A stretch of DNA of 32,000 nt from Psychrobacter sp. HD31 (GTDB lineage Bacteria; Pseudomonadota; Gammaproteobacteria; Pseudomonadales; Moraxellaceae): assembly GCF_051097895.1 (NCBI RefSeq), contig NZ_CP142525.1, positions 2,010,001 through 2,042,000 on the forward strand, read 5' to 3'. Of the stretch, positions 1 through 9,943 are shown one piece after another (positions within the stretch are counted from its first letter, which is position 1; each line of letters starts with the position of its first letter). The notes beneath the pieces were generated by a model. That model was not told the origin of the DNA, did not search any database, and was given only the letters and a program-made list of their open reading frames with translations. A program made the position numbers and the translations under genes.

Positions 1-359
1 AAGCTGCTGACACTATGAAGCCAGTGGTTGATAAACTAAAATCTGCTCTTGGTGAACGTGCGAGTGATGTTAAAGTGTCTAACCGTTTGGTAGACAGTCC
101 AGCTTGTTTGGTCGTTGGTGATGGTGAGATGACCCCACAAATGATTCAGATGCTTAAGCAAATGGGACAAGATGTACCAGATGTTAAACCAACGCTTGAG
201 GTTAACCCAACTCACCCATTGATTCAAAAGCTTGAAAGCAGTGAACAGTTTGATGACTTAGCTCAAGTTATCTTTGACCAAGCATTGATTGCTGATGGTG
301 GTCAACTGGATGACCCAGCTGGGTATATTAAGCGAGTGAATGAGCTATTGATGAAGTAG
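1..359 (+). CDS. htpG: Molecular chaperone HtpG (Hsp90), C-terminal end; the gene starts upstream of the window
   Basis: The reading frame is open from the window edge. The tail ...EVNPTHPLIQKL...FDQALIADGGQLDDPAGYIKRVNELL is collinear with the E. coli HtpG C-terminus (...ELNPDHVLVKR...[26 protein letters not shown]). Confidence 0.88.
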   Translation, partial: AADTMKPVVDKLKSALGERASDVKVSNRLVDSPACLVVGDGEMTPQMIQMLKQMGQDVPDVKPTLEVNPTHPLIQKLESSEQFDDLAQVIFDQALIADGGQLDDPAGYIKRVNELLMK

Positions 360-382
360 TTTTGATAGAGTTGTTTAAAAAT

Positions 383-412
383 AAAAAACCAAGCTTTAAA
401 GCTTGGTTTTTT
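383..412. terminator. Bidirectional rho-independent terminator shared by convergent htpG and the lipoprotein gene
   Basis: aaaaaa-CCAAGC-tttaaa-GCTTGG-tttttt. The GC stem is flanked by an A-run and a T-run, and it lies between the two stop codons (359 and 422). Confidence 0.75.
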
Positions 413-421
413 CATGAGTTA

Positions 422-1117
422 TTACTGAATTTTTACTTTAAATTCATCATTTGTCAAAGTAGATAATGCTGGAATGAACTTTTCCATACAAGTGTCAATA
501 ACCTCACTCTTTAAGTTTGCTACTTTTTGATAGTTATTTGCTTTCCACTCTTCTAATGGCAGCTCTTCAGATCGATATTCACAATAGATATGTCGTTTCC
601 TTATTACTTCTTGATTACCAAACAAACCTTTCTGAATAGAGTTTTCATCACGAGACAGTTTTGCACCAAACGTTAATTGATAATTCGTATTACCATTAAC
701 ATAAACAATTTTCCATAAAGGGGTAGCATTAGATAAAATAATCGGAGAAAGGTATTCATCAAGTTTTTTATCTTGTGATTCTAGCCTCTTTTTTAAAGAT
801 GAATTGATATCGTAGATAGGGTTTTCTAAGACGGAGGTATCATTGGTATCAATAATTTTTTTACCAATTAAATCATCTTTTGTAAAAGTGCTTGCACTGC
901 CAGTACCAACCAGAAAGTTTAGTACTTGACCTACAGCGGCACTGCTACGTTGCCCTTTCGTTACGATAGTTAGATCGCTTAATCGATGGTCAGTTTCAAA
1001 TTTAAAAGTGTTTGCATAATTAATTACAGGTTTGATATCAGATTTTGGGGTCGTTACACAGCCTGAAACTGTTGATAAAAGAAAAACTGTTGAAGTTATT
1101 AGAAGAATTTTTTTCAT
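422..1117 (-). CDS. Predicted lipoprotein of unknown function
   Basis: 231-aa ORF. The N-terminus MKKILLITSTVFLLSTVSGC has a signal peptide plus lipobox (VSG|C). I recognise no family. The gene is visibly AT-rich (15 G+C in a 59-nt spot count at its 3' end). Confidence 0.6.
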   Translation of the reverse strand: MKKILLITSTVFLLSTVSGCVTTPKSDIKPVINYANTFKFETDHRLSDLTIVTKGQRSSAAVGQVLNFLVGTGSASTFTKDDLIGKKIIDTNDTSVLENPIYDINSSLKKRLESQDKKLDEYLSPIILSNATPLWKIVYVNGNTNYQLTFGAKLSRDENSIQKGLFGNQEVIRKRHIYCEYRSEELPLEEWKANNYQKVANLKSEVIDTCMEKFIPALSTLTNDEFKVKIQ

Positions 1118-1287
1118 ATAAAATGCCTTATTTATTGGTGATATAAATTAGTATTAAGGGTATCATATTAATTTTGCGTTTCAAAATATCCACGTTTCAA
1201 TACCGATATGTAAGTAGCTTTTAAAACATTGAAACAAACTACTTCTTGTAACTTTTTGACTTTATAAATAAAAATCGTATTTTTAGT

Positions 1288-1482
1288 TTAAAATTGAATA
1301 GGTTTCTTAATTGTAAAGTCAGTTCCTACTAAATTGCGAAAAATCATTAAAAATGAATTCTTAGGCGCATTATAGTTATCAACGACCTTCATCGCATGGA
1401 TAAAGTGCTCATATTTAGTTGGTAAGAAATGTGCCAAATCAAATCCATTTTCTACAATTAGTATTTTTCTAGTTCCGCTCAT
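1288..1482 (-). pseudogene. AbiH-like abortive-infection protein, N-terminal remnant only
   Basis: 64-aa ORF. KILIVENGFDLAHFLPTKYEHF matches the characteristic AbiH (PF14253) N-terminal motif I-x-GNGFDLAHGL-x-T-x-Y-x-DF. Full-length AbiH proteins are several hundred aa. Here the frame stops after 64 codons, and only about 39 further in-frame codons follow before the next stop. Confidence 0.4.
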
Positions 1483-1716
1483 GATATACAGTTGCCTAAT
1501 GACTTTAAATTACTTTATCCTACAAGAATCTCTTTGAGATGTCACTTAGAAAAAGATAGAGATTAAAGGAAACTAAAGATCAATAAACATATTTTAATTT
1601 ATTACATGCTGTGAAATAATTTTTGTAATAAAATACATTTTAAACCAAATGGTTATCTAATAAAATCAAACTACTTTTACTGAGTATCGATACATATCAT
1701 TTGGTGTTTGGCAATA

Positions 1717-1725
1717 TGATATACT
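1717..1725 (+). promoter_or_regulatory. Putative extended -10 promoter element (TGaTATACT) for the DUF3817 gene
   Basis: TGnTATACT lies 34 nt upstream of the ATG at 1759. There is no good -35 element. Confidence 0.3.
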
Positions 1726-1758
1726 TTCATTTCATTAATCCAGAAAAAACGAGAAAAA

Positions 1759-2043
1759 ATGACAAAACCAAATTTACCCCTACTAAAATGGGCAGCATTA
1801 TTTGAAGGCAGTTCATTACTGCTACTTATTTTTATCGCAATGCCACTAAAGTACATGGCTGCAATACCCACAGCGGTAAAAATAGTAGGACCAATTCATG
1901 GTTTTTTATTCTTAAGCTTTGTGGCAATCATCTTATCTTATATGCTGAAACGAAAATTGGCTGCCACAACAACTTTAATTGGCTTGGTGTCTGCCTTTAT
2001 TCCATTTGGTAGTTTTGTTTTTAAAGCAAAGTACCTGCAATAA
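1759..2043 (+). CDS. DUF3817-family small integral membrane protein
   Basis: 94 aa with three hydrophobic segments. The pattern LKW..LFEG.S.LLL.FIAMPLKY....P..V...GPIHG.LF is typical of DUF3817 (YdzA-like) proteins. Confidence 0.7.
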   Translation: MTKPNLPLLKWAALFEGSSLLLLIFIAMPLKYMAAIPTAVKIVGPIHGFLFLSFVAIILSYMLKRKLAATTTLIGLVSAFIPFGSFVFKAKYLQ

Positions 2044-2086
2044 CCATCATAAAAGCTTTGTAAACTAATTGATAAAGGGTTTTAAC

Positions 2087-2578
2087 TTGTTAAAATTTAT
2101 CACCACCGCCTTAAAATATCTTGTTCTCATCTTTGTTGTTTATACCGCTATCAATTGGTGGCGACAGCCAGTGATGCCGGCTAATCCACAACTGCAATTA
2201 ACTGACTATCAAGGGCAAACCATAGATTTAGCCAAAATGAGTGAGCAACAACCGACCCTCGTTTATTTTTGGGGTAGCTGGTGTGGTATGTGTAATGTTA
2301 GCTCGCCAAAAGTTAATGCGTTAAGTGAGCAAGGTTATCCCGTTGTTACTATTGCCGTTAGCTCTGGTACAGATCAGGCATTGGCTCAATACATGAATGA
2401 GCATGGCTATACCTTTAAGCTGATTAATGATAATGATGGTGAAATTTTTACAAATTGGCAAGGGCAAGTCACACCCTCTTATGTGGTGTTAAAAAATGGG
2501 GAAATGCAACAAGGATTAACGGGTATCCAGCCTGTATGGTCATTAAAGCTTAGGTTATGGCTAAGTCAATATTTATAA
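2087..2578 (+). CDS. TlpA/ResA-like thioredoxin-fold thiol:disulfide oxidoreductase, membrane anchored
   Basis: N-terminal TM helix followed by VYFWGSWCGMC (WCxxC redox motif). I prefer the TTG at 2087, which has AAGGG 7 nt upstream. The longest ORF starts at TTG 2069. Confidence 0.75.
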   Translation: MLKFITTALKYLVLIFVVYTAINWWRQPVMPANPQLQLTDYQGQTIDLAKMSEQQPTLVYFWGSWCGMCNVSSPKVNALSEQGYPVVTIAVSSGTDQALAQYMNEHGYTFKLINDNDGEIFTNWQGQVTPSYVVLKNGEMQQGLTGIQPVWSLKLRLWLSQYL

Positions 2579-2652
2579 CATATTTATAAAATCTGCTTTC
2601 TTTTTTAGACAAACATAAAAAGATAGGGTAGACACTGATAATTAGCGCTTTT

Positions 2653-2700
2653 AAAAAAGCGGGTTGCTTAAGGTGTTAAGCAACCCGCTTTGTTTGTTTT
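2653..2700. terminator. Bidirectional rho-independent terminator between the convergent oxidoreductase gene and rocD
   Basis: aaaaaa-AGCGGGTTGCTTAA-ggtg-TTAAGCAACCCGCT-ttgtttgttttt. This is a perfect 14-bp stem. Confidence 0.85.
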
Positions 2701-2709
2701 TGGATAGGG

Positions 2710-3942
2710 CTATTTTGCAAACGCTGCAACCGTTTTACTGATGATGTCAATACACTCAGCTAATTGCGCTTTTGTAATCACCAAAGGTGGTGCAAAACGG
2801 ATGATGTTGCCATGGGTAGGTTTAGCCAGTAAACCGTTTTCTTTTAAGGCAACGCACAAGTTCCATGCCGTGTCACTGTCTTCCGTATCGTTAATTACCA
2901 ATGCATTTAACAAGCCTTTACCACGTACTAGCGTCAAAATGTCATATTGGTCTACCAGCTTTTGCATTTCGGCTCTAAATATTGTGCCAAGTTCTTCGGC
3001 GTTTTCTGCCAAATTTTCATCTTTAACGACTTGTAGGGCAGTCATGGCAACCGCAACACCAAGTGGGTTACCACCATAGGTTGAGCCATGTTGTCCTGAT
3101 TTAATCACATCCATAATGTCATCGGTTGTTAAAACAGCAGATACTGGATAAGCACCGCCAGATAGTGCTTTGCCTAAAATTAAGATATCAGGTTTTACGT
3201 TTTCGTGGTCTAGTGCTAATAGCTTGCCTGTACGCGCAACACCTGTTTGAATCTCATCGCCCAAAAAAAGTACGTTGTATTTTTCGCACAAGGCTTTTGC
3301 TTTTGCAAGGTAGCCGCTTGAAGGCACATAAACACCTGCTTCACCTTGTATTGGTTCTACCAAAAAGCCTGCGACTTTATCATTATTTTTTAAGGTTTCT
3401 TCTAGTGCTTGCAAGTTGTCGTATTCAACTTTAATAAAGCCTGCGGTGTAAGGACCAAAGTTTTTGCGGGCATTTTCATCATTAGAAAAAGAGATAATTG
3501 TGGTAGTACGACCATGAAAGTTGTTTTCACAGACAATAAGTTGGGCTTCATTTTCTGCAATGCCTTTTTTCTCGTACGCCCACTTTCGGCAAACTTTAAT
3601 GGCGGTTTCTACCGCTTCTGCGCCTGTGTTCATTGGTAAAAGTTTGTCAAAGCCAAAGTAGTCGCAGGCAAACTTTTCAAACTCGCCCAGTTTGTCGCTA
3701 TAAAAAGCGCGTGAGGTTAGAGTAAGCGTTTGTGCTTGTTTAGTAAGGGTATCTATGATTTTTGGATGGCAATGACCTTGGTTTACGGCAGAATAGGCTG
3801 ATAAAAAATCGTAGTATTCATTGCCTTCTACATCCCATACTTTCACGCCTTCACCTTTTGTTAAAACAACGGGTAGTGGGTGATAGTTATGTGCGCCGTA
3901 TTTGTTTTCTAGGTCGATATAGTATTGTGAGTTGTTTGTCAT
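2710..3942 (-). CDS. rocD: Ornithine--oxo-acid aminotransferase (class III PLP aminotransferase, RocD type)
   Basis: 410 aa. [48 protein letters not shown] is the hallmark OAT N-terminal region. DEIQTG and the [14 protein letters not shown]-lysine region are present. Confidence 0.9.
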   Translation of the reverse strand: MTNNSQYYIDLENKYGAHNYHPLPVVLTKGEGVKVWDVEGNEYYDFLSAYSAVNQGHCHPKIIDTLTKQAQTLTLTSRAFYSDKLGEFEKFACDYFGFDKLLPMNTGAEAVETAIKVCRKWAYEKKGIAENEAQLIVCENNFHGRTTTIISFSNDENARKNFGPYTAGFIKVEYDNLQALEETLKNNDKVAGFLVEPIQGEAGVYVPSSGYLAKAKALCEKYNVLFLGDEIQTGVARTGKLLALDHENVKPDILILGKALSGGAYPVSAVLTTDDIMDVIKSGQHGSTYGGNPLGVAVAMTALQVVKDENLAENAEELGTIFRAEMQKLVDQYDILTLVRGKGLLNALVINDTEDSDTAWNLCVALKENGLLAKPTHGNIIRFAPPLVITKAQLAECIDIISKTVAAFAK

Positions 3943-3980
3943 AATTTGTATCCAAATATAAATTAAAAATTTTTAAGATT

Positions 3981-4919
3981 TTATCGTTTTCTCATTAAGG
4001 TTGATTTACCAAATAACGATTCAACCAAGTCGACCGCTAAAATGGCAGTTTTGTTGCGTTCATCTAACGTTGGGTTTAATTCAACAATATCGAGTGAGCC
4101 CATCAGCCCAGTATCGGCAATCATTTCCATCCCCAATTGTGCTTCACGGTAAGTAACCCCGCCAACGACAGTTGTGCCAACCGCTGGGGCAATACTTGGG
4201 TCTAGGTAGTCAATATCAAAGCTGACATGAATGTGGGTGTTTTCATCCACACCTTTTAGCGCAGCTTCCATAGTTGCCTTCATACCATATTCGTCAATAT
4301 AGCGCATATCAAATACATCTAAGTTATGTTCATTAACAAACTTTTTTTCGCCTTCATCTACGCTTCGGATGCCGATTTGGCGGATGTCAGCAATGTTGAC
4401 AGAGGGGGTGGTATCACTAAAGTTGATGAGCTCTTTTGGTCCAAACCCACATAAACAGGCAACAGGCATGCCATGAATATTACCAGAAGGAGTTAAATCG
4501 CTGGTGTTAAAGTCGGCATGGGCATCAAACCAAAGTACGCGCAGTTTTTTGCCTTGCTTACGGCAATGGCGAGCAACCGCAGCAATCGAACCAAGCCCAA
4601 GGCAATGGTCGCCACCCATTAAAATGGGCAGGTTACCTTCTTCTAGTTCTTTATAAACACTGTCATGAACGGATTGATTCCACTCAACCACTTGCGGTAG
4701 GTGGCGATAGCCATCGACAGGAGGCAAGTCAGGATTAATTGGACCAGATAAGTTACCACGGTCAACCAAACTAACACCGTGGTTGGCGATGTGTTTATCT
4801 ATGTTGGCAACTCGCAAAGCGTCTGGACCCAAATTAACGCCTCTTACACCTGCACCAATGTCAGTGGGTGCGCCAATAAGCGCAACTGTTTTATTATAAA
4901 TAGGTTCTTTTTGTGTCAT
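3981..4919 (-). CDS. rocF: Arginase (ureohydrolase family)
   Basis: 312 aa with the Mn-binding ureohydrolase motifs GGDHCLGLG, WFDAHADFNT and SFDIDYLDP. It lies 38 bp upstream of rocD on the same strand. Confidence 0.85.
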   Translation of the reverse strand: MTQKEPIYNKTVALIGAPTDIGAGVRGVNLGPDALRVANIDKHIANHGVSLVDRGNLSGPINPDLPPVDGYRHLPQVVEWNQSVHDSVYKELEEGNLPILMGGDHCLGLGSIAAVARHCRKQGKKLRVLWFDAHADFNTSDLTPSGNIHGMPVACLCGFGPKELINFSDTTPSVNIADIRQIGIRSVDEGEKKFVNEHNLDVFDMRYIDEYGMKATMEAALKGVDENTHIHVSFDIDYLDPSIAPAVGTTVVGGVTYREAQLGMEMIADTGLMGSLDIVELNPTLDERNKTAILAVDLVESLFGKSTLMRKR

Positions 4920-5003
4920 TTAATTTGTATCCTTAGATTAAAACCTTTGTTTTTTATATAAAAACTTTTTTTTATAATATGGGGCATACTACCATAAAGT
5001 AGA

Positions 5004-5597
5004 TTACGCAATAAATGATTTGAATGCGTTTAACAGCATTTGTACAGAAATTGATATTAAAATCATCCCCATTAATCGCTCAATGGCTTTTAGACCACGG
5101 TGCCCAAGTAGGCGGTAAAAAACAGGAGAAAAATACAAAATTAACGCAGAAATTGACCAAGCCAATAAAACAGACATCAATGAAGATTTAATCTGTTCTG
5201 GGTTTGTCTCTACTAACAAAATGAGTGTGGCAAGAAGCGAAGGACCTGCAACTAAAGGGATGGCTAAAGGCACAATAAATGGTTCAGTATAGTCGTCACC
5301 ATCATCGCCCATAATACCGCCACGAGAAGGGAAAATCATACGTATTGCCACAATCATTAACACCAAGCCACCACCAATCGCTACCGCTTCACGGCTTAGC
5401 CCCAGTGCGTGCAAAATACTGCTGCCCATAAATAGGAACAACAACATAATACCCAAGGCGATGATAAGCTCACGGACGATAATTTTTTTGCGGCGTTCTT
5501 CTGGTACGGCTTTAAGTACAGCTAAAAACACAGGGATGTTACCGAGTGGATCCATAATAAAAAACAGCGTCACGGCTGCGGCGATAACTTCTTGCAT
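5004..5597 (-). CDS. MarC-family (UPF0056, YhgN-like) integral membrane protein
   Basis: 197 aa and polytopic. The N-terminus FFIMDPLGNIPVFL is the MarC family signature. Confidence 0.85.
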   Translation of the reverse strand: MQEVIAAAVTLFFIMDPLGNIPVFLAVLKAVPEERRKKIIVRELIIALGIMLLFLFMGSSILHALGLSREAVAIGGGLVLMIVAIRMIFPSRGGIMGDDGDDYTEPFIVPLAIPLVAGPSLLATLILLVETNPEQIKSSLMSVLLAWSISALILYFSPVFYRLLGHRGLKAIERLMGMILISISVQMLLNAFKSFIA

Positions 5598-5614
5598 GAG
5601 TTGTCCTTAATTAT

Positions 5615-6775
5615 TTATCTTATTATTTTGGTGAGTAATACACCAGCCTCGATGTGATGCGTATAAGGGAACTGGTCAAATAAAGCCGTGCTGATTACCT
5701 TGTGTGTTTTGCAAAGGGTTTGTAAATTGTCTGCTAGAGTATCAGGGTTACAAGAGATGTAAATGATGTTATCAAACTCGCTTAACAACGCCAGTGTATC
5801 CTCATCAATACCAGCGCGCGGTGGGTCGACAAATACGGTACTAAAGTCATAACTTGCCAACTCGATATCGGCTTGTTGTAAACGGCGAAATTCACGAGTA
5901 GCATTTTTTGCTTGGGTGAATTCTTCGGCTGATAAGCGAGCAATAGCAATGGAATCTAAATGGTTTTCGGCAATATTCCACTGCGCTGCAGCGACTGAGG
6001 TTTTGCTAATTTCTGTTGCCAGGGTTTTTTTAAAAAACTGGCTAAGTGGTAAGGTAAAGTTGGCATTGCCACAGTACAATTCTAGCAAGTCTGTTGATGT
6101 GCTATTTGTTGTAATCGCTTTGGCTTGTTGGCATGCCCAAGTTAGCATGTGTTCACAAACCTTGGCGTTAGGCTGTGTAAAACCGCCTTCTAACTGTTTA
6201 TAGGTGTACTCTTTACCCAGTACAGTTAGTTTTTCAAGCACAAAATCTTGGCTAAGCACCAGCTTTTGTTTACGGCTACGCCCAATAATGTGACAGTTGA
6301 GTTCTTTTTCTAACTGAGTTGCAAGTGTTTGCCACTCGTCTTCTAACTTTTTGTGATAAATCAGCGTTACCAACATGTCATTAGAGAGTGTACTTAAAAA
6401 CTCGACTTGAAAGAGTTTGTGTTTTAGTGTTTCATGCTGTTTTACTTTTTCTAATAATACTGGCATTAATTTATTAATAGCATGGTTTGCGATAGCAAAC
6501 GTATCAACCTTAACACGTTGTTTGTTTTCAGCGTTATTAGCTTCAGTTGCTTCCATCATGGTATAAAAGCAATCAGAACCCTCATGCCAAATGCCAAATT
6601 CTGCACGCATTCTAAAGTGTGTTACCTCAGACTGATAAACCGTCATATCTGCTAGCAATTCTTTTTTAGCAAAAGGGGATAAAAGGTTTTTTAACCGTGT
6701 GACTTTATCATCAAGCTGTGTTTGGTAAGTGCTTGTTGGCAAATTAGCATAAGTTTTTGATGCAGGTAAGGTCAT
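5615..6775 (-). CDS. trmA: tRNA/tmRNA (uracil54-C5)-methyltransferase
   Basis: 386 aa, collinear with E. coli TrmA: HFRMRAEFGIWH, FTQPNA, LLELYCGNANFTLPL, FVDPPRAG, YISCNP, LFDQFPYTHHIE. Confidence 0.92.
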   Translation of the reverse strand: MTLPASKTYANLPTSTYQTQLDDKVTRLKNLLSPFAKKELLADMTVYQSEVTHFRMRAEFGIWHEGSDCFYTMMEATEANNAENKQRVKVDTFAIANHAINKLMPVLLEKVKQHETLKHKLFQVEFLSTLSNDMLVTLIYHKKLEDEWQTLATQLEKELNCHIIGRSRKQKLVLSQDFVLEKLTVLGKEYTYKQLEGGFTQPNAKVCEHMLTWACQQAKAITTNSTSTDLLELYCGNANFTLPLSQFFKKTLATEISKTSVAAAQWNIAENHLDSIAIARLSAEEFTQAKNATREFRRLQQADIELASYDFSTVFVDPPRAGIDEDTLALLSEFDNIIYISCNPDTLADNLQTLCKTHKVISTALFDQFPYTHHIEAGVLLTKIIR

Positions 6776-6876
6776 AGCAATAAAAATTTTAAAATAGTAA
6801 AAATAATGGCGATAGGATACCAGTTTTATAGCTTATTTCCTACTAGTCAATGCTTAGATGGTTTTAAAAGACCGTT

Positions 6877-6910
6877 AAAAGACAATAATAAATAAAAGAC
6901 AATAATAAAT
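6877..6910. repeat. Perfect 17-bp tandem duplication (aaaagacaataataaat x2)
   Basis: Read directly: 6877-6893 equals 6894-6910. It lies in the trmA/ileS divergent intergenic region. Confidence 0.9.
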
Positions 6911-7074
6911 GGTATGAAAGTTCATGACTTGGATTTTATGTTTGGGTTTTATGCGATATGACTTTTTAGATAACTAACTTTTGGTTTATTAATTAAATAG
7001 TGCTAAACATTTTTTAAAATGATTTTTTTGTGTCAAAAAACCATCACGACTTTATTAACACTAGCTATTTGGCT

Positions 7075-7080
7075 TATAAT
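7075..7080 (+). promoter_or_regulatory. Putative -10 hexamer (TATAAT) upstream of ileS
   Basis: Consensus TATAAT lies about 68 nt upstream of the ileS ATG. The -35 candidate is poor (TTATTA at 17-nt spacing). Confidence 0.25.
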
Positions 7081-7147
7081 AGTTGGATTTATCAGGCAAT
7101 TTGAATTGTCTCCTGCTACTTTTATGGCATTTGTATAAGTGAAGACT

Positions 7148-9943
7148 ATGACTCAATCGACGATCGACTATAAAGATACCCTAAACCTTGCAGATACTGA
7201 ATTTGCAATGCGTGGCAACCTCGCCAAAAGAGAACCAAAATGGCTGGCAGCATGGGAAGAAGATAACGTATACGGTAAAATTCGTGAAGCACGTCAAGGT
7301 GCACCAAAGTATATTTTGCATGATGGACCTCCGTATGCCAATGGTCAAATACACCTTGGACATGCTGTTAATAAAGTATTAAAAGATATTATTGTTAAGT
7401 CAAAAACCTTATCTGGCTTTGATGCCCCCTATGTGCCAGGTTGGGATTGCCATGGGTTACCAATTGAGCAAAAAGTGGAAGCAAAAGTTGGTAAAGTGGG
7501 GCAAAAGGTTACGGCAACTGAGTTCCGCAAACTATGCCGCGAGTATGCAAAAAGTCAAGTTGAACTGCAAATGGCTGACTTTAAGCGTTTGGGTGTGTTT
7601 GCAGATTGGGATAACCCATATTTAACCATGAACTTTGAGCAAGAAGCGAATATTGTACGTGCGTTAGGAAAAATTTATAAAAATGGTCATATCACACGTG
7701 GTATGAAACCAGTTAACTGGTGTTTAGACTGTGGTTCGGCACTTGCTGAAGCCGAGGTTGAATATCAGGATAAAGTATCTGATGCCATTTATGTTGGTTT
7801 TGAATTATTAGACTTGGCGCAAAAACTGGCATTAACCGATGAAGATAAAACCTTTGCCGTGATCTGGACAACCACACCATGGACATTACCTGCAAACCAA
7901 GCAATCAGTGTGCATCCACGTGAGCAATACAGTGTTGTTAAAACGCAAAAAGGTAACCTATTACTGGCAAGTGCGTTAGTTGACAGTGCATTAGAGTCGT
8001 TAGCACTTGATAATCTTGGCGAGGTTGCACAAGTAGTGGGCAGCGAGCTTGAATTTGTAAAAGCACAACACCCAATTATTGCAGACAGACAAGTGCCATT
8101 AATTTTAGGTGAGCATGTGACAACAGACAGTGGTACTGGTTTGGTACATACAGCACCTGGACACGGTGCAGACGATTATGTTGTTGGTCAAAAATATGGG
8201 TTAGAAGTAGAAAATCCTGTGGGCGGTAATGGGGTATATTTGCCAACTGCTAAGGCATTTGCTGGCGAGCATATTTATAAAGCCAACCCTAAAATTATTG
8301 CACTATTAACAGAGACTGGACATCTATTAAAGCACTCTAAAATAGAGCACAGTTACCCGCACTGCTGGCGCCATAAAACACCAATTATCTTTCGTGCAAC
8401 GCCACAATGGTTTATTAGTATGGAAGAAAAAGGGCTAAGAGAACAATCTTTGCAAGATATCTCTAAAGTCACTTGGACTCCTTCATGGGGACAAAATCGT
8501 ATTGAAGCGATGATGAATGGTCGTCCTGACTGGTGTATTAGCCGTCAGCGTACATGGGGTGTGCCAATCCCATTTTTCACGCACAAACAAACCGATGAGC
8601 TGCATCCAAAAACAGCGGAGCTTATCGAAAAAGCCGCCAAAATGATTGAACAGGGTGGTGTGGAAGCTTGGTTTGATGCCAATACAGCAGACTTTTTAGG
8701 TGAAGAAGCTGACCAGTATAATAAAGTAACAGACACCCTAGATGTTTGGTTTGATTCTGGTAGTACGCATGCGGCGGTATTAGATGAACGAGATGAGCTA
8801 CAAAGTCCAGCCGACATGTACTTAGAAGGCTCTGACCAGCACCGAGGTTGGTTCCAAACTTCGTTACTGACTTCTGAAGCCATGTATGGTCGCCCACCAT
8901 TTAAGCAAGTATTGACACATGGCTTTGTGGTAGATGAAAACGGACGCAAAATGAGTAAGTCGTTGGGCAATATCATTACCCCGCAAGAAGAGATTAACAA
9001 AACTGGGGCAGATATGCTTCGTTTATGGATTGCTTCTGCTGACTACCGTTATGAAATGACAGCGGGTGCCAAAGTTTTTAAAGGTGCGATTGATATTTAC
9101 CGTCGTATCCGTAATACCTTGCGCTTTTTATTGGCTAATACGGATGACTTTAATCCAGCAACAGATGCAGTGGATATGAATGAATTGGTCAGCCTTGATA
9201 AATTTATTATGGCAAAAGCAGCGCAATTGCAAACAGAGATTATCAAAGCATACGATGATATGGACTTCCACCAAGTGACACAGCTTGTGGCAAGTTTTTG
9301 CTCGCAAGATTTGGGTGGCTTTTATCTTGATATTATTAAAGATCGTCAATATACCAGCCAAGCTGATGGGCAACCTCGTCGCTCTGCTCAAACGGCGATT
9401 TATCACATTGCACATGCCTTGATTCGTTGGATTGCACCCGTTTTAAGCTTTACTGCGCAAGAGGCGTGGGAAGTGCTAAAAGGCACAGATGAGTATGTGT
9501 TTACGCAAACTTGGTATGAGTTCCCACAATTTGAGTTAAATAAGGTAACAGAAGAGGACTGGGCTCGCATATTAAAAGCGAAAGACGCTATTAACAAACA
9601 CATTGAAACAGCGCGTGAAAACAAACAAATTAATGCCAACTTATCTGCCAAAGTGACCATATATGCAGATGGAAATATGTTTGAGAGTATGGCAAAGCTG
9701 GGTGATGAGCTGCGTTTTGTATTTATTACCAGTGATGCCGAGCTAAAACCATTTGATGCCAAAGCGGGCAGTGATACCGAAGTTGATAACTTGCGTGTTG
9801 AAGTAACAGCGGCAGAAGGGACTAAGTGTGTGCGCTGCTGGCATGTACGTGATGATGTTGGCGTAAATCCAGCGCATCCAGATATTTGCCAACGCTGTGA
9901 TGATAACGTGAACGGTGAAGGCGAGGTTAGATATTATGCCTAA
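7148..9943 (+). CDS. ileS: Isoleucine--tRNA ligase
   Basis: [17 protein letters not shown], the HIGH motif ([11 protein letters not shown]), KMSKS, and a C-terminal Zn-ribbon (CVRCWH...CQRC). I prefer the ATG at 7148 by homology to the E. coli N-terminus. The longest ORF starts at GTG 7139. Confidence 0.95.
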   Translation: MTQSTIDYKDTLNLADTEFAMRGNLAKREPKWLAAWEEDNVYGKIREARQGAPKYILHDGPPYANGQIHLGHAVNKVLKDIIVKSKTLSGFDAPYVPGWDCHGLPIEQKVEAKVGKVGQKVTATEFRKLCREYAKSQVELQMADFKRLGVFADWDNPYLTMNFEQEANIVRALGKIYKNGHITRGMKPVNWCLDCGSALAEAEVEYQDKVSDAIYVGFELLDLAQKLALTDEDKTFAVIWTTTPWTLPANQAISVHPREQYSVVKTQKGNLLLASALVDSALESLALDNLGEVAQVVGSELEFVKAQHPIIADRQVPLILGEHVTTDSGTGLVHTAPGHGADDYVVGQKYGLEVENPVGGNGVYLPTAKAFAGEHIYKANPKIIALLTETGHLLKHSKIEHSYPHCWRHKTPIIFRATPQWFISMEEKGLREQSLQDISKVTWTPSWGQNRIEAMMNGRPDWCISRQRTWGVPIPFFTHKQTDELHPKTAELIEKAAKMIEQGGVEAWFDANTADFLGEEADQYNKVTDTLDVWFDSGSTHAAVLDERDELQSPADMYLEGSDQHRGWFQTSLLTSEAMYGRPPFKQVLTHGFVVDENGRKMSKSLGNIITPQEEINKTGADMLRLWIASADYRYEMTAGAKVFKGAIDIYRRIRNTLRFLLANTDDFNPATDAVDMNELVSLDKFIMAKAAQLQTEIIKAYDDMDFHQVTQLVASFCSQDLGGFYLDIIKDRQYTSQADGQPRRSAQTAIYHIAHALIRWIAPVLSFTAQEAWEVLKGTDEYVFTQTWYEFPQFELNKVTEEDWARILKAKDAINKHIETARENKQINANLSAKVTIYADGNMFESMAKLGDELRFVFITSDAELKPFDAKAGSDTEVDNLRVEVTAAEGTKCVRCWHVRDDVGVNPAHPDICQRCDDNVNGEGEVRYYA

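Noticed and set aside
2741-3944. Plus-strand ORFs of 60-112 aa overlapping rocD
   Set aside because: They are antisense to a high-confidence OAT gene, and the translations look like reverse-frame artefacts.
8545-9000. 151-aa ORF on the minus strand, plus other ORFs at 7181-7904 and 8622-9973, inside ileS
   Set aside because: They lie entirely antisense to or out of frame with a confidently identified ileS. Their products are low-complexity or Cys/Ser-rich with no start context. These are typical shadow ORFs.
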